A DNA stretch of 64,000 bases from an uncultured bacterium (lineage in GTDB: Bacteria > Omnitrophota > Omnitrophia > Omnitrophales > Aquincolibacteriaceae), in assembly GCA_964410905.1 (NCBI GenBank), contig CAYPIR010000004.1, forward strand, positions 9,878-73,877, given 5' to 3'. Below, in pieces: positions 26,976 to 38,101 of this stretch; the stretch's first letter is position 1; every line of letters begins with the position of its first letter. Both the position numbers and the translations under genes were made by a program. The notes below the pieces were generated by a model, which was not told where the DNA came from, ran no database searches, and saw nothing but the letters and a program-made list of their open reading frames with translations.

Positions 26976-27980
26976 TTAAGCCTCCGCAGAATTATCTACA
27001 GCAGCCGAAGCCACATGACCAGCGACATTGTATCCAAGATGAAGATTCATCTTTTCCAAAATCGCATTAATTTCGTTAAGTGATTTTTTTCCGAAGTTTT
27101 TATACTTCAGCATTTGCGCTTCTGATTTTTGAACTAATTCGCCGATGGTTTTAATATTGGCGGCTTCTAAGCAATTTGCGCTTCTGACCGAAAGTTCTAA
27201 TTCGCTGATTGGTTTGTTGAGAAGATCAGCAAACTCATCGGTCTTTACATTTTCTTCCTCTTCTTCATCTTCGGGAAGTTCGCCGTAATTGACGAAAATA
27301 TCGAGATGGCGCTGAAGAATATTTGATGCATACAAAAGTGCGTCTTCCGGTCCCATTGCTCCATTCGTCCAAATTTCAAGAATCAAACGGTCGTAGTCCG
27401 TTATCTGTCCGACGCGCGTGTCTTCCACCGCAAAATTAACCTTGATCACGGGAGAAAAAATCGAGTCAACCGCGACAACGCCGATTGAAGCATCTTCTTT
27501 TTTATTTTTTTCTGCCGGAGCATAACCGCGGCCGCGCCCGACTTCCATTTCCAAACGAACGTGTTTATCTTTGCTAAGCGTAAAAATAACCTGCTCTGGA
27601 TTCACGATCTCAACGGTTTCGTCTGTTTGAATATCGCTAGCCTTAACAACGCCTGCTTTTTTTGCGTCAACAAAAATTGTTTTAGGCCCCTTGCCGCTAT
27701 AACGCAAAACAAGCTTTTTTACATTCATAACAATTTGCGCGCCGTCTTCAACTATTCCATCCATAGCTGAAAACTCGTGCAACATTCCATCCGACTTAAT
27801 ACTAGTAACCGCAGCGCCTTCAATTGATGAAATTAAAACACGGCGAAGCGCGTTTCCAATTGTCGTTCCATAACCACGTTCAAAAGGTTCAGCAACGAAC
27901 TTACCGTAAGTAGGCGTTACCGAACTTTGATCTAACTCTAAACGCTTTGGTGTTTCAAACGTTCTCCAACGGATACCCAT
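26976..27980 (-). CDS. rpoA: DNA-directed RNA polymerase subunit alpha
   Basis: 334 aa; NTD dimerisation and CTD motifs; position between rpsD and rplQ. Confidence 0.9.
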   Translation of the reverse strand: MGIRWRTFETPKRLELDQSSVTPTYGKFVAEPFERGYGTTIGNALRRVLISSIEGAAVTSIKSDGMLHEFSAMDGIVEDGAQIVMNVKKLVLRYSGKGPKTIFVDAKKAGVVKASDIQTDETVEIVNPEQVIFTLSKDKHVRLEMEVGRGRGYAPAEKNKKEDASIGVVAVDSIFSPVIKVNFAVEDTRVGQITDYDRLILEIWTNGAMGPEDALLYASNILQRHLDIFVNYGELPEDEEEEENVKTDEFADLLNKPISELELSVRSANCLEAANIKTIGELVQKSEAQMLKYKNFGKKSLNEINAILEKMNLHLGYNVAGHVASAAVDNSAEA

Positions 27981-28032
27981 TTTATTTCCTCCTTATGCAA
28001 ACAATAATAGAAAACTTTGCGAGTTGTTTTTA

Positions 28033-28656
28033 TTACTTTGAGAACAACTCAACGATGAACGATTCTTCCACAGGGATTCCAGCATCAGTCTTGGTAGGAA
28101 GACGTGCTATTTCTCCCAAAACTTTGGCACGATCAAGAGCAAGCCACTCAGGAGCCGTAAGGTCTTTCCATTTCTCAAGATTGTCTTTGACTCTTTTGAT
28201 GGTTGCTTCTTTTTGCTTAACTCCAACTTTATCTCCGACTTTGCAGACATAAGATGGAATATTTACTTTTTTGCCATTTACGGTGATATGCCCATGTCCG
28301 ACCATTTGTCTCGCTTCACGGCGTGAACCGGAAAAAAGAAGACGAAAAACAATGTTGTCCAAACGGCGTTCATGAAGCTCAATCAATTTTTCACCGGTAA
28401 CGCCTTTGGTTTTAAGCGCGCGCGCGAAGAACACACGAAATTGACGCTCTGTAACGCCATAAATTCTTTTCATTTTTTGCTTCTCGCGCAACTGAACGCC
28501 ATAGTCGGATATTTTCTGCCGAGCTTGCCCGTGTTGACCCGGCGCTTTGCTCAAACGTTTGTCGTGTTTTTCATCTGTTGTGCGACGACCTTTAAGACCT
28601 AGGTTAATCCCCTCACGGCGATGCAACCTAATAACTGGACCGCGGTATCTTGACAT
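28033..28656 (-). CDS. rpsD: 30S ribosomal protein S4
   Basis: 207 aa; MSRYRGPVIRLHRREGINL N-terminus, S4 domain. Confidence 0.9.
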   Translation of the reverse strand: MSRYRGPVIRLHRREGINLGLKGRRTTDEKHDKRLSKAPGQHGQARQKISDYGVQLREKQKMKRIYGVTERQFRVFFARALKTKGVTGEKLIELHERRLDNIVFRLLFSGSRREARQMVGHGHITVNGKKVNIPSYVCKVGDKVGVKQKEATIKRVKDNLEKWKDLTAPEWLALDRAKVLGEIARLPTKTDAGIPVEESFIVELFSK

Positions 28657-28659
28657 AAA

Positions 28660-29031
28660 TTACACTCTCCTCTTTTTAGGGGGACGGCACCCATTGTGCG
28701 GCACCGGCGTAATATCGTGAATAGCACTAATTGCAAGTCCCACTGCTTGAAGAGCGCGAATCGCTGATTCGCGTCCCGCGCCAGGTCCCTTAATATAAAC
28801 TTCAACTTCTTTCATTCCGAATTCCAGCGCTTTTTTTGCCGCCTTTTCAGACGCAATCTGAGCGGCAAAGGGCGTAGATTTTTTTGAGCCTTTAAATCCG
28901 GAAGAGCCCGACGATTCCCAGCAAATAGCGTTTCCGCCCGCATCGGTAATCGTAATTATTGTGTTATTAAAACTCGCGGCGATGTGCGCCACTCCGCGAG
29001 CGATATGTTTAAGTTTTTTCTTTTTTGCCAT
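28660..29031 (-). CDS. rpsK: 30S ribosomal protein S11
   Basis: 123 aa; [18 protein letters not shown]... canonical S11. Confidence 0.9.
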   Translation of the reverse strand: MAKKKKLKHIARGVAHIAASFNNTIITITDAGGNAICWESSGSSGFKGSKKSTPFAAQIASEKAAKKALEFGMKEVEVYIKGPGAGRESAIRALQAVGLAISAIHDITPVPHNGCRPPKKRRV

Positions 29032-29057
29032 ATAAGTCCTCTGTTCTTTAAACCTTA

Positions 29058-29441
29058 TTATTTTCCAACTGGCTTTGGAGCAAGCCCGCCAACTGTTTTA
29101 CGTTTTCCTTTGCGAGTTCTCGCATTGGTGTGAGTTCTTTGACCGCGGCAAGGAAGTCCTTTCAAATGCCGAGATCCGCGATAACTTCTAGTGTCCATAA
29201 GACGCTTGATGTTTTGCTGAATTTCACGGCGAAGATCGCCCTCCACTTTCGTTTCTTTTTGAATGATAGAGGTAATCAACGAAACCTCAGCATCCGTCAA
29301 ATCTTTTGCGCGTTTCGCAAAATCGATTTTCGCTTCCGTCAAAACTTTTTTAGAAAGCTTTTTCCCGATTCCGAACAAATAAGTCAATGCGACATCTACT
29401 CGCTTTTCTCTCGGAATATCAACACCAATGATACGCGGCAT
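29058..29441 (-). CDS. rpsM: 30S ribosomal protein S13
   Basis: 127 aa; [26 protein letters not shown] canonical S13. Confidence 0.9.
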   Translation of the reverse strand: MPRIIGVDIPREKRVDVALTYLFGIGKKLSKKVLTEAKIDFAKRAKDLTDAEVSLITSIIQKETKVEGDLRREIQQNIKRLMDTRSYRGSRHLKGLPCRGQRTHTNARTRKGKRKTVGGLAPKPVGK

Positions 29442-29461
29442 ATTTTAAATCCTTTCTTAAA

Positions 29462-29575
29462 TTAACCTTGTCGTTGTTTATGCTTGGGATTGCTGCAAAT
29501 CACATAAACATAACCTTTGCGACGAACAATCTTGCAATTTTCACAAATCCTTCTCACAGAACTTCTTACTTTCAT
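29462..29575 (-). CDS. rpmJ: 50S ribosomal protein L36
   Basis: Not in the ORF track (37 aa): [37 protein letters not shown], with C-x2-C...C...H zinc ribbon; between infA and rpsM. Confidence 0.8.
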   Translation of the reverse strand: MKVRSSVRRICENCKIVRRKGYVYVICSNPKHKQRQG

Positions 29576-29593
29576 CTCATCACCTCTTATAAC

Positions 29594-29812
29594 CTATTTG
29601 ACTCGAAACGTTATTCTTCCGCGCGTTAAATCATATGGCGAAAGTTCCATTTTTACTTTATCCCCGGGAAGAATACGAATGTAATGCATTCTCATTTTCC
29701 CAGAAACATGCGCTAAAACCTTATGCCCATTTTCAAGTTCTACTCGAAACATAGCGTTAGGCAAAGGCTCTACCACTGTTCCTTCTACTTCAACCGCGTC
29801 TTCTTTTGGCAT
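29594..29812 (-). CDS. infA: Translation initiation factor IF-1
   Basis: 72 aa; S1-like OB fold [32 protein letters not shown]. Confidence 0.9.
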   Translation of the reverse strand: MPKEDAVEVEGTVVEPLPNAMFRVELENGHKVLAHVSGKMRMHYIRILPGDKVKMELSPYDLTRGRITFRVK

Positions 29813-29819
29813 GTTAAAT

Positions 29820-30572
29820 TTAAGCCTCTCCGCGTGTTAAATTCAAAAAACCGCCTTTTACGAAAGCGATTGTATCTTCATAATGGCTGGCATTTTTACC
29901 ATCTTGCGTTACAACTGTCCAGTTATCCGAAAGCGTCTTAACCGCATAATGTCCGTCTGTTACCATCGGCTCTATCGCTAAAACCATTCCTTCTTCAATC
30001 TTCGCGCCGCGGCCGCGCCTTCCATAATTTGGAACTTGCGGATCTTCATGGAGATGCCGCCCGATAGCGTGCCCCGTATAATCTCTAACAACTCCAAAGC
30101 CGCGTGTTTCAATGTATTGCTGAATCACCTCAGCAAAATCGCCAATCCGCCAACCCGGCTTATATTGAAAAAGAGCTTCGTCCAAAGATTCTTTAGCAAC
30201 TGCAACAAGGGCATTTGTCCTTTTATCAGCTCCACCGACTATCCATGTTCTAGCGGCGTCTGAATAATAACCTTTCAACTTCGCCCCGATATCAAAACTT
30301 ACAACATCGCCTTTTTGGAGTTTGCGGCTGCCCGGAATTCCGTGAACGACTTCTTCATTGATAGAAATACAAGTCGTTTTAGGATATCCGCAATATCCTT
30401 TAAACGCTGGCTCTCCGCCATTTTCGCGAATAATTTTTTCCGCCACCGTATCCAACTCATCCGTTGTCCTTCCCTCGGAAACTAAGGGCTGAACAACCGC
30501 AAAAACTTTTTTTAAAATATCGCCAGAATCTCGCATCAACTCGATTTCTCGAGCAGATTTAAGTTCTATCAT
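29820..30572 (-). CDS. map: Methionine aminopeptidase type I
   Basis: 250 aa; pita-bread fold and metal ligands; conserved position after adk. Confidence 0.9.
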   Translation of the reverse strand: MIELKSAREIELMRDSGDILKKVFAVVQPLVSEGRTTDELDTVAEKIIRENGGEPAFKGYCGYPKTTCISINEEVVHGIPGSRKLQKGDVVSFDIGAKLKGYYSDAARTWIVGGADKRTNALVAVAKESLDEALFQYKPGWRIGDFAEVIQQYIETRGFGVVRDYTGHAIGRHLHEDPQVPNYGRRGRGAKIEEGMVLAIEPMVTDGHYAVKTLSDNWTVVTQDGKNASHYEDTIAFVKGGFLNLTRGEA

Positions 30573-30584
30573 AAAAAGTTTTTC

Positions 30585-31235
30585 CTAAGCAAATTTTTCA
30601 AAAAGCGCTTCTAAAGTTTTTTGCACCGAAGGAGCATCTCCTTCTGCCAGAACATCATGCAAAACACCCTTTTTTCCATAAAATTCAACAAGCGGTTTTG
30701 TTGATTCTTGATAAACTTTCAAGCGATTCAAAATCGTTTCCGGCTCGTCATCCTTACGAGTTATTAGCGGTAAGTTGTGGCAATCGCAAATTCCTTCGAC
30801 TTTTGGCGGCATATTTTTAACATGATAAATTTTACCGGTTACAGAACAAAGTCGGCGGCCTGAGAGCCGTTCAAGAAGAACCTTATCAGACGCCTCAAAA
30901 TTTATTACTGCCGTTAACGCGATTTGTTCGTCTTTTAAAAATTTTTCCAAAGACTCCGCTTGCCCAATTGTCCTTGGATAACCGTCTAAAATAAATCCTT
31001 TGGCACTTTTAAGCGCGCGAATTTCCGCAGCCATCATGTCATTGACAAGAGCATCAGAAACAAGTTCGCCGCGCGCGATTACATCTTTTGCGATACTGCC
31101 AAGTTCCGTTCCTTCTTTAATATTTCTTCGCAATATATCTCCCGCCGCAAGTTGGACGACGCCGTATTTATCACAAATAATTTTCGCGTGCGTTCCCTTG
31201 CCCGCGCCCGGAGGCCCCAAGAAAATTAAGTTCAT
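30585..31235 (-). CDS. adk: Adenylate kinase
   Basis: 216 aa; P-loop GPPGAGKGT; LID with cysteines. Confidence 0.9.
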   Translation of the reverse strand: MNLIFLGPPGAGKGTHAKIICDKYGVVQLAAGDILRRNIKEGTELGSIAKDVIARGELVSDALVNDMMAAEIRALKSAKGFILDGYPRTIGQAESLEKFLKDEQIALTAVINFEASDKVLLERLSGRRLCSVTGKIYHVKNMPPKVEGICDCHNLPLITRKDDEPETILNRLKVYQESTKPLVEFYGKKGVLHDVLAEGDAPSVQKTLEALFEKFA

Positions 31236-31237
31236 GA

Positions 31238-32590
31238 TTATCGCCGCCCTTTAAGTTTTCCGCGTTTTATGAACCCGTCGTAATGGCGCATCACAAGCTG
31301 GGATTCAACATTTTTCATAACATCCAAAACGACACCAACAATAATTAAAAGTCCGGTGCCGCCAAAAAAACTGGCAATCAGAAATGGTATATTCAAAACA
31401 TGCGGCGAAGAAATAATTTTAGGGAAAAGCGCGATAAGCGCCAAAATGACCGCCCCAGCAGTCGCGATTCTCGTCATCAAATAATCCAAATATTCCGCCG
31501 TGTTTCTTCCGGGACGAATGCCCGGAATAAATCCGCCGTATTTTTGAAGATTTTCACTCACTTCAATCGGATTAAATGTTATCGCTGTATAAAAGAAGGT
31601 AAAGAAAACAATCAAAAGAGCGTCAAGCGCCATATAGCCGCCGGAACCATAACTTATGGCTTGCGCGATTCTTGTAAAAGCTCCGGCATTAGGGAAAAAT
31701 CCAGCTATGGTCGCGGGAAACAAAATAACTGATTGGGCAAAGATAATTGGAATAACGCCCGCTTGGTTTACCTTAAGCGGCAAATATGTACTTTGACCTC
31801 CATACGTGCGATGCCCGCGGATTTGTTTCGCGTATTGCACCGGAATTTTGCGCTGACCTTGTATAATCAAAATCAAAAACACCACCGCGCCGACAAATAA
31901 AACACACATTACCGCGAATTTCCACCACGCAAGCTGCTGATGCGACATATCCAGCGGCGACAATAAAACCCAAGTTTGCCGCAACGCTTCTGGAAGCGAC
32001 TCAATAATACCAGCGGTGATAATAATCGACATGCCATTGCCGATTCCATGCGCATCTATTTGTTCACCAAGCCACATAATAAATGCCGTGCCGGTAGTCA
32101 TCGTCAACATACACATCAAACGAAATCCCCAGCCGGGATTTGGGACAATCACGGTTCCGCCAAATGCCGCGGGATTTTCAAGCCAAAGAGCAATAAAAAA
32201 AGTTTGAAGAATGCTTAAAACAATCGTTCCATAGCGCGTATATTGAATTATTTTTTTTCGGCCTTCCTCGCCTTCTTTTGCCATTTTTTCAAGAGCGGGA
32301 ATTACCACCGTGAGAAGCTGCAGAATAATAGACGCGGATATATAAGGCATAATGCCCAAAGCGAAAATAGTCGCTTTTTGAAGCGCTCCGCCTGTAAACA
32401 TCCCCATGAATCCGAGCAGATTGCCACCCGCCATGTGCTGTTGAAAAAATCTCGCAAGAGCCACGCCGTCTATGCCGGGAGTGGGAATATATGTCCCGAT
32501 TCTATAAACAACGATAATCGCAAAAGTGAAGAAAATCTTTTTACGAAGATCGGGAACTTTTAAAATATTACTGAACGCCTGTAGCACCAA
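31238..32590 (-). CDS. secY: Preprotein translocase subunit SecY
   Basis: 450 aa; 10 TM helices; conserved position in the spc cluster. Confidence 0.9.
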   Translation of the reverse strand: MVLQAFSNILKVPDLRKKIFFTFAIIVVYRIGTYIPTPGIDGVALARFFQQHMAGGNLLGFMGMFTGGALQKATIFALGIMPYISASIILQLLTVVIPALEKMAKEGEEGRKKIIQYTRYGTIVLSILQTFFIALWLENPAAFGGTVIVPNPGWGFRLMCMLTMTTGTAFIMWLGEQIDAHGIGNGMSIIITAGIIESLPEALRQTWVLLSPLDMSHQQLAWWKFAVMCVLFVGAVVFLILIIQGQRKIPVQYAKQIRGHRTYGGQSTYLPLKVNQAGVIPIIFAQSVILFPATIAGFFPNAGAFTRIAQAISYGSGGYMALDALLIVFFTFFYTAITFNPIEVSENLQKYGGFIPGIRPGRNTAEYLDYLMTRIATAGAVILALIALFPKIISSPHVLNIPFLIASFFGGTGLLIIVGVVLDVMKNVESQLVMRHYDGFIKRGKLKGRR

Positions 32591-32611
32591 AACTCCGTTC
32601 TTTTACGTTAG

Positions 32612-33046
32612 TTATTTAGTGGTAAGAAGAACCGCTTGACCGCCTGCGGCTTCAATTTTTGTTTTTGCCGAAGAGCTAAAGAGATGCGCTTTCACAACAA
32701 CAGCTTTTTTTATTTCGCCAACTCCTAAAATTTTAACTCCATCGCGCAGTTGGGAAACAATTCCTTTAGAAACTAAAATTTCCGGCGTAACTTCTTTTTC
32801 TGAAAGAGAAGCAATCTTTTCTAAGTTTACAACTGCATAAACTTTTTTAAATGCGACCCGGCTAAACCCGCGCTTAGGGAGCTTGCGATAAAGAGGATTT
32901 TGTCCGCCTTCAAACCCCGGATTCAAAGCAAATCCTGAACGAGCGCGTTGACCTTTATGGCCCTTTGTGGAAGTTTTCCCATGTCCGGAACCGATTCCGC
33001 AGCCAAGTCGTTTTTTTCTTTTTTTATAAGGAAATTTTGCTCTCAT
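32612..33046 (-). CDS. rplO: 50S ribosomal protein L15
   Basis: 144 aa; KRLGCGIGSGHGKTSTKGHKGQ canonical L15. Confidence 0.9.
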   Translation of the reverse strand: MRAKFPYKKRKKRLGCGIGSGHGKTSTKGHKGQRARSGFALNPGFEGGQNPLYRKLPKRGFSRVAFKKVYAVVNLEKIASLSEKEVTPEILVSKGIVSQLRDGVKILGVGEIKKAVVVKAHLFSSSAKTKIEAAGGQAVLLTTK

Positions 33047-33061
33047 GACCTTTTCTCTTTC

Positions 33062-33610
33062 TTAATCCAAACGAGTTTTTCGGTCGACAAGCGAGGTCAA
33101 ACCGTTAATTGCCGCTTTTAAAACATTAATTGAGTTATCACTTCCAAGACTTTTCGTAAGAATATCTTTTATCCCGCAAGCTTCGCATACCGCACGGACT
33201 GAACCTCCCGCAATAATACCGGTGCCGGGCGCCGCTGGCTTTAGTAAAACTTTTGCCGCGCCGTATCGCCCAAGAATTTCGTGAGGAATAGTAGTTCCCT
33301 TTAGTGTGATTTTTATAGAATTTTTTCGCGCCGCGGCAAGAGCCTTGCGAATAGCATCGGCAACTTCATTCGCTTTCCCTTGAGCGTATCCTAAAGAAGC
33401 CTCAGCGCCGCCAACAACAACCAACGCGCTAAATGAAAAACGCTTGCCGCCTTTCACAACCTTTGAACAGCGATTTACTTGAATAACCTTTTCATAAGCT
33501 GACGACCCGTCTGCCGCCATAGAAGAAGCTCGTGATGAGCGAGAAGGCGCATTTGTTTTTTTTGCTTCTGTTTTTTGCTGTTCATTTTGTGTTGCGTCTG
33601 TTTTTGGCAT
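33062..33610 (-). CDS. rpsE: 30S ribosomal protein S5 (with about 40-aa N-terminal low-complexity extension)
   Basis: Canonical S5 core ([26 protein letters not shown]...). The ORF-track start at 33661 overlaps rplR, so the likely start is the internal Met (MPKTDATQ...) at 33610. Confidence 0.8.
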   Translation of the reverse strand: MPKTDATQNEQQKTEAKKTNAPSRSSRASSMAADGSSAYEKVIQVNRCSKVVKGGKRFSFSALVVVGGAEASLGYAQGKANEVADAIRKALAAARKNSIKITLKGTTIPHEILGRYGAAKVLLKPAAPGTGIIAGGSVRAVCEACGIKDILTKSLGSDNSINVLKAAINGLTSLVDRKTRLD

Positions 33611-33638
33611 ACTGCTTAAGTTTCCTTTCACTAAAACT

Positions 33639-34001
33639 TTAAAATTGAATTCCGCCGGCACGAATTGCTTCCGCCAACGCTTTCACTCGTCCGTGATATA
33701 AATATCCGCCTCTATCAAAAGAAATTTGCTTAATTCCCTTTGCCTGCAAAAGATTAGCAAAAGCTTTCCCAACCTGTTCGGATACGGAAATTTTGCCTTT
33801 AACGCCTTTTTTAGAGATTTCAGAACTTCTGGAAGAAATCGAAGCTAAAGTTTTGTTAGATTCATCATCAATCGCTTGAACAGAAATATTTGTAAGCGAG
33901 CGGTTTACAACAACGCGCGGCCGTTCTGCCGAACCGATAACTTTTTTACGAATTCTGCGATGTCTTTGAATTCTTCCCCAAATTTTATTAACCTGCGCCA
34001 T
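33639..34001 (-). CDS. rplR: 50S ribosomal protein L18
   Basis: 120 aa canonical L18. Confidence 0.9.
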   Translation of the reverse strand: MAQVNKIWGRIQRHRRIRKKVIGSAERPRVVVNRSLTNISVQAIDDESNKTLASISSRSSEISKKGVKGKISVSEQVGKAFANLLQAKGIKQISFDRGGYLYHGRVKALAEAIRAGGIQF

Positions 34002-34025
34002 AAATTCTTTACTCCTTCAATAAGA

Positions 34026-34562
34026 TTAACTGACCGCTTTTCCTTGTTTGCGGCGCACATGCTCATCAATATAACGAATGCCTTTGCCCTTGTAAGGCTC
34101 AGGTTTCATAAAATTACGAATTTCCGCCGCAACCTGTCCGACTCGCTGTTTATCAGCTCCTGTAATAACAACGGACGTTGGTTTAGGGCATTTAATTTCA
34201 ACATCTTTGTTAAAAACATAATCTATAGGATGCGTAAAACCAAGCACGAGCGAAAGGACATTTCCCTTAACAGCCGCCTTCATACCGACACCAACAATCT
34301 CAAGCTCTTTTGAGTATCCTTCGGTAACGCCTACCACCATATTTTTTATCAAATTTCTAACAAGCCCATGCAAAGCGCGATCAGTGCGAATATCTGTTGA
34401 ACGCGTAACGAGAACCTCATTTCCCTCGATTTTCACAGTTATTCTCGGATGAACATCAAGAGTCAATGCGCCTTTTGGCCCCTGAACTTGCACTTTTTTT
34501 CCCTGTACCGATACTTTTACTTTTTCTGGAATTACAACGGGTTTTTTTCCAATACGTGACAT
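34026..34562 (-). CDS. rplF: 50S ribosomal protein L6
   Basis: 178 aa; MSRIGKKPVVIPEKVKV canonical L6. Confidence 0.9.
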   Translation of the reverse strand: MSRIGKKPVVIPEKVKVSVQGKKVQVQGPKGALTLDVHPRITVKIEGNEVLVTRSTDIRTDRALHGLVRNLIKNMVVGVTEGYSKELEIVGVGMKAAVKGNVLSLVLGFTHPIDYVFNKDVEIKCPKPTSVVITGADKQRVGQVAAEIRNFMKPEPYKGKGIRYIDEHVRRKQGKAVS

Positions 34563-34582
34563 ATTTTCCCTCTATTAATGCT

Positions 34583-34984
34583 TTACCAAACTGTGCAAAG
34601 GATCTCGCCGCCAACTTTAGCTTCACGAGCCTGTTTACCTGTCAAAACACCCTTAGGCGTTGTCAAAATAGCAACTCCCAAACCGCCTAACACTTTAGGA
34701 ATCTCATCGCATCCGACATAAACACGAAGCCCCGGCGTAGAAATACGTTTTAGTCCGCGTATAGCGGTCTTCTTCCCTTCAGTTAAATACTTAAGATGAA
34801 CCCGCGCGAATTTTTTATTTCCATCATTGAAAGGTTTTACGCTTTCAATAAAACCTTCGTTTTTCAAAATCTCTGCTAGGCGGATTGTGATTTCTGAAGC
34901 AGGAACACTTATCTTTTCTTTGTGTGCCTTAGAAGCATTTCGGATAGCCGTTAAAAAGTCTCCGATAAAATCGTAACGCGACAT
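34583..34984 (-). CDS. rpsH: 30S ribosomal protein S8
   Basis: Likely starts at the internal Met (MSRYDFIGDFLTAIRNA), matching the canonical S8 N-terminus; the ORF-track start at 35011 adds 9 residues. Confidence 0.85.
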   Translation of the reverse strand: MSRYDFIGDFLTAIRNASKAHKEKISVPASEITIRLAEILKNEGFIESVKPFNDGNKKFARVHLKYLTEGKKTAIRGLKRISTPGLRVYVGCDEIPKVLGGLGVAILTTPKGVLTGKQAREAKVGGEILCTVW

Positions 34985-35004
34985 GAAACCTTTTCCTCTC
35001 TGTT

Positions 35005-35190
35005 TTACCAACTAGATTTGACAACGCCGGGCAACATTCCCGTATTGGCCAATTCGCGAAAACAAATTCTGCAAATAGAAAATTTACGAATATAACCTCG
35101 CGGACGACCGCATCGCTGACAACGATGATATTTTCTAACCTTAAACTTAGGTTCTGATCTTTGCTTAACAATTAAACATGTTTTTGCCAT
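35005..35190 (-). CDS. rpsZ: 30S ribosomal protein S14, zinc-binding type Z
   Basis: 61 aa; C-x2-C...C-x2-C (CQRCGRP...CRIC). Confidence 0.85.
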   Translation of the reverse strand: MAKTCLIVKQRSEPKFKVRKYHRCQRCGRPRGYIRKFSICRICFRELANTGMLPGVVKSSW

Positions 35191-35191
35191 A

Positions 35192-35761
35192 TTAGTTACC
35201 CTGCTTTCTAAAAGGAAACCCTAAAAGTTCCAGCAATCTTTTGCCTTCTATTCTATTTTTCGCAGTCGTTACAAATGTAATATCCATTCCTTGAGTTTTT
35301 TTCATTTTATCAAATTCAACTTCCGGGAAAATAGTTTGTTCGGTAAGTCCAAGCGTATAATTCCCTCTTTGATCGAAGCTTTTATCCAAAAACCCGCGAA
35401 AGTCGCGAATGCGCGGCATAGCAACATTAAAAAGTCTGTCCAAAAATTCATACATACGACCGCGACGCAAAGTAACTTTAAGTCCGATTGGAGATCCCTG
35501 TCGAAGCTTAAAAGCAGAAATAGATTTTTTCGCGCGCGTTACAACTGGCTTTTGACCAACAATTCGACTAAGTTCAACAGCCAATTGATCTAAAATCTTA
35601 ATATCCTCTTGCCCTTCTCTTACGCCCATGTTTATAACAACTTTTTCTAATTTAGGCGCTTGCATGAGATTTTTATACGAAAATTCCTCTAAAAGAACTG
35701 GGATAACCTCGCTGCGATATTTTTCAAGCAACCTTGGAAGAGAACTAGCCTTAACGCTCAT
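35192..35761 (-). CDS. rplE: 50S ribosomal protein L5
   Basis: 189 aa canonical L5. Confidence 0.9.
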   Translation of the reverse strand: MSVKASSLPRLLEKYRSEVIPVLLEEFSYKNLMQAPKLEKVVINMGVREGQEDIKILDQLAVELSRIVGQKPVVTRAKKSISAFKLRQGSPIGLKVTLRRGRMYEFLDRLFNVAMPRIRDFRGFLDKSFDQRGNYTLGLTEQTIFPEVEFDKMKKTQGMDITFVTTAKNRIEGKRLLELLGFPFRKQGN

Positions 35762-35763
35762 AA

Positions 35764-36072
35764 TTATAAAACCTCTCCTGACGCTTTAACGATACGATGC
35801 TTCGTCCCATCGGCAAGGATTGTGTAGCCGACTCGCGACGCTTTACCGCTTCGTGGGCAAACAAGTTTCACATTTGAAATATGCAACTTGCCTTCCATTT
35901 TTGTAATGCCGCCCTTAGGATTTTCTTGACTCTTCCTAAGGTAACATGTTCTGTAATTAATTTTTTCAATCAACAACGTTTCTTCTTTAGGAAAAACCCG
36001 CATCACGCGGCCTTTCTTGCCAGAATCTTTCCCTCGAGTAACAATAACTTCATCGCCTTTACGAATTTTCAT
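35764..36072 (-). CDS. rplX: 50S ribosomal protein L24
   Basis: 102 aa; [23 protein letters not shown] motif. Confidence 0.9.
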   Translation of the reverse strand: MKIRKGDEVIVTRGKDSGKKGRVMRVFPKEETLLIEKINYRTCYLRKSQENPKGGITKMEGKLHISNVKLVCPRSGKASRVGYTILADGTKHRIVKASGEVL

Positions 36073-36074
36073 AA

Positions 36075-36443
36075 CTAAACAACCTCCGGAGCAAGGGAAA
36101 TTATCTTAGAAAAATCATAATCACGAAGCTCACGAGCCACAGGCCCAAAAATACGTGTTCCGCGTGGATTTTTCTGATTATCTATCAATACAATCGCGTT
36201 TGAAGAAAATTTAACCGAAGAACCGTCTTTCCGCTTAACAGGCGATTTCGTCCTAACTACAACAGCCTTAACAACCTCTCCCTTTTTAACCGTTCCTGTC
36301 GGGATAGCCTCTTTTACGGACGCTGTAATAATATCACCAACCTGCGCAGTTCTTTTGCTATGACGCCCTAGAACGCCTATCATCGCAGCTTTTTTAGCGC
36401 CGCTGTTATCTGCTATTTCTAAAACCGATCTCATCTGTATCAT
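36075..36443 (-). CDS. rplN: 50S ribosomal protein L14
   Basis: 122 aa; [18 protein letters not shown] canonical L14. Confidence 0.9.
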   Translation of the reverse strand: MIQMRSVLEIADNSGAKKAAMIGVLGRHSKRTAQVGDIITASVKEAIPTGTVKKGEVVKAVVVRTKSPVKRKDGSSVKFSSNAIVLIDNQKNPRGTRIFGPVARELRDYDFSKIISLAPEVV

Positions 36444-36703
36444 GACTTAATCACCTTTACCAGACGCCACCGCTTTGTTTTGGAAATTGGACGAGTTTCG
36501 ACAATCTGAACTCTATCGCCTTCTTTTGCTTCATTTTTTTCATCATGGGCGGAGTATTTAATATGGCGTTTAATAATCTTATTAAATTTCGCATGTTGCA
36601 AAAGACGAGTTACAAGGACAACTATAGTCTTGTTCGTCTTAGAACTAACGACCACTCCTTCGCGAACTCGCTTATTCTGAGTTTCCACTGTTTCATCGGT
36701 CAT
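36440..36703 (-). CDS. rpsQ: 30S ribosomal protein S17
   Basis: 87 aa canonical S17 OB fold. Confidence 0.9.
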   Translation of the reverse strand: MTDETVETQNKRVREGVVVSSKTNKTIVVLVTRLLQHAKFNKIIKRHIKYSAHDEKNEAKEGDRVQIVETRPISKTKRWRLVKVIKS

Positions 36704-36906
36704 ACTTTTTTCTCGCCTTTCTTCTTTTCATTAATCACAGTCTTCACTCTTGCAATCGCTTTTTTAGCCTCTTTAAGGGTTGATTGCTTTTCAAGTTTTC
36801 CGGTCTTATGCTGGAAGCGATATTGCATAAGTTCTTTTTTAAGAGACACAACTTTTTCATTCAGCTCATCAACGCTAAGATCTCTATAATCCGCGATTTT
36901 CGTCAT
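36700..36906 (-). CDS. rpmC: 50S ribosomal protein L29
   Basis: Likely start at the internal Met ([18 protein letters not shown]); the ORF-track start at 36924 overlaps rplP. Confidence 0.8.
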   Translation of the reverse strand: MTKIADYRDLSVDELNEKVVSLKKELMQYRFQHKTGKLEKQSTLKEAKKAIARVKTVINEKKKGEKKV

Positions 36907-36907
36907 A

Positions 36908-37327
36908 TTATATCGTAACCTCACGTTTTACAAATTTTGTTCTAAAAGGGATTTTGTGCGCGCAAAGTCGCATCGCCGAGCGAGCCATTTCTTCCGGGAT
37001 TCCTCCCATTTCAAAAAGAATTCTGCCCGGCTTAATGACCGCGACATAATGTTCAGGAGCGGCTTTCCCTTTTCCCATACGAGTTTCAGCTGGTTTCTTT
37101 GAAACCGATTTGTCGGGAAAAACACGCAGCCAAATTTTACCACCGCGCTTAACATGTCTGGTCAAAGCAACGCGCGCTGCTTCAATTTGAATACCTGTTA
37201 ACCAATGGCAATCCAGCGCCTTTAATCCATATTCACCGAAAGCAAGCGAACTTCCGCGAGTCGCGACTCCGCGCATCCATCCGCGTTGTTGTTTTCTAAA
37301 TTTAACTCTGCTAGGCTGTAGGGCCAT
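36908..37327 (-). CDS. rplP: 50S ribosomal protein L16
   Basis: 139 aa canonical L16. Confidence 0.9.
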   Translation of the reverse strand: MALQPSRVKFRKQQRGWMRGVATRGSSLAFGEYGLKALDCHWLTGIQIEAARVALTRHVKRGGKIWLRVFPDKSVSKKPAETRMGKGKAAPEHYVAVIKPGRILFEMGGIPEEMARSAMRLCAHKIPFRTKFVKREVTI

Positions 37328-38075
37328 CGTTCTTACTCTCCTCTACGGAAGGTTCCGACTTCTTCTCTTTATTTTCCGCTTTTTGCAACTCTTCCTCGAC
37401 TGATTTAAACTTCTTTTCAAGTTCAAGTTTCTGAGCTTCTTGTTCTTTCTTTATCAAAATATCACCTTTATAAATCCACGCTTTGCATCCGATCGCGCCA
37501 TAAGTTGTATGCGCTTCAGCAAAACCATAATCCACATCCGCGCGAAAAGTACTTAGCGGAACTTTGCCTTCATGATATTTTTCCTCACGCGCGATTTCCG
37601 TGCCGCCTAACCTGCCTTTGCATTGAACTTTTATTCCAAGAGCGCCTTTTTGCATAGCAAGTTGAATTGCTTTCTTCATCGCTCGGCGAAAACCTATGCG
37701 TTTCTCAAGCTGCATCACAATGTTCTCCGCGACAAGCTGCGCGTCAATTTGCGGCATTTTTACTTCTTTAATATCCAAGAAAACTTCGTTTTTCGTAAGA
37801 GACGCGAGGTCTTCTTTGATTTTATCTATTTCTTGCCCTCTTCGTCCGATGATAACTCCCGGCTTAGCGGCAAAAATACGTAATCTAACGCGGTCCCCGG
37901 ATCTGTCTATTTCAATAGAAGAAACACCAGCTGGAGCGAGCTTTTTTTTCAAATATTTGCGAATTTCAAGATCTTCCATTAACACAACGCCAGCGTCTCT
38001 TTTCGCAAACCAACGCGCTTTCCAAGGTTTAATATATCCTACGCGCAATCCATACGGATGAACTTTCTGACCCAA
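37311..38075 (-). CDS. rpsC: 30S ribosomal protein S3 (with Lys/Glu-rich C-terminal extension)
   Basis: 254 aa; [24 protein letters not shown]; KH and S3-C domains; tail ...[33 protein letters not shown]. Confidence 0.9.
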   Translation of the reverse strand: MGQKVHPYGLRVGYIKPWKARWFAKRDAGVVLMEDLEIRKYLKKKLAPAGVSSIEIDRSGDRVRLRIFAAKPGVIIGRRGQEIDKIKEDLASLTKNEVFLDIKEVKMPQIDAQLVAENIVMQLEKRIGFRRAMKKAIQLAMQKGALGIKVQCKGRLGGTEIAREEKYHEGKVPLSTFRADVDYGFAEAHTTYGAIGCKAWIYKGDILIKKEQEAQKLELEKKFKSVEEELQKAENKEKKSEPSVEESKNDGPTA

Positions 38076-38101
38076 AATATCCTCCCTATTCCTTACATAA
38101 T

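Noticed and set aside
33047-33061. Expected rpmD (L30) gene between rpsE and rplO
   Set aside because: Only 15 bp separate the two genes, so there is no room for L30. Its absence is recorded as a lineage trait rather than a missed gene.
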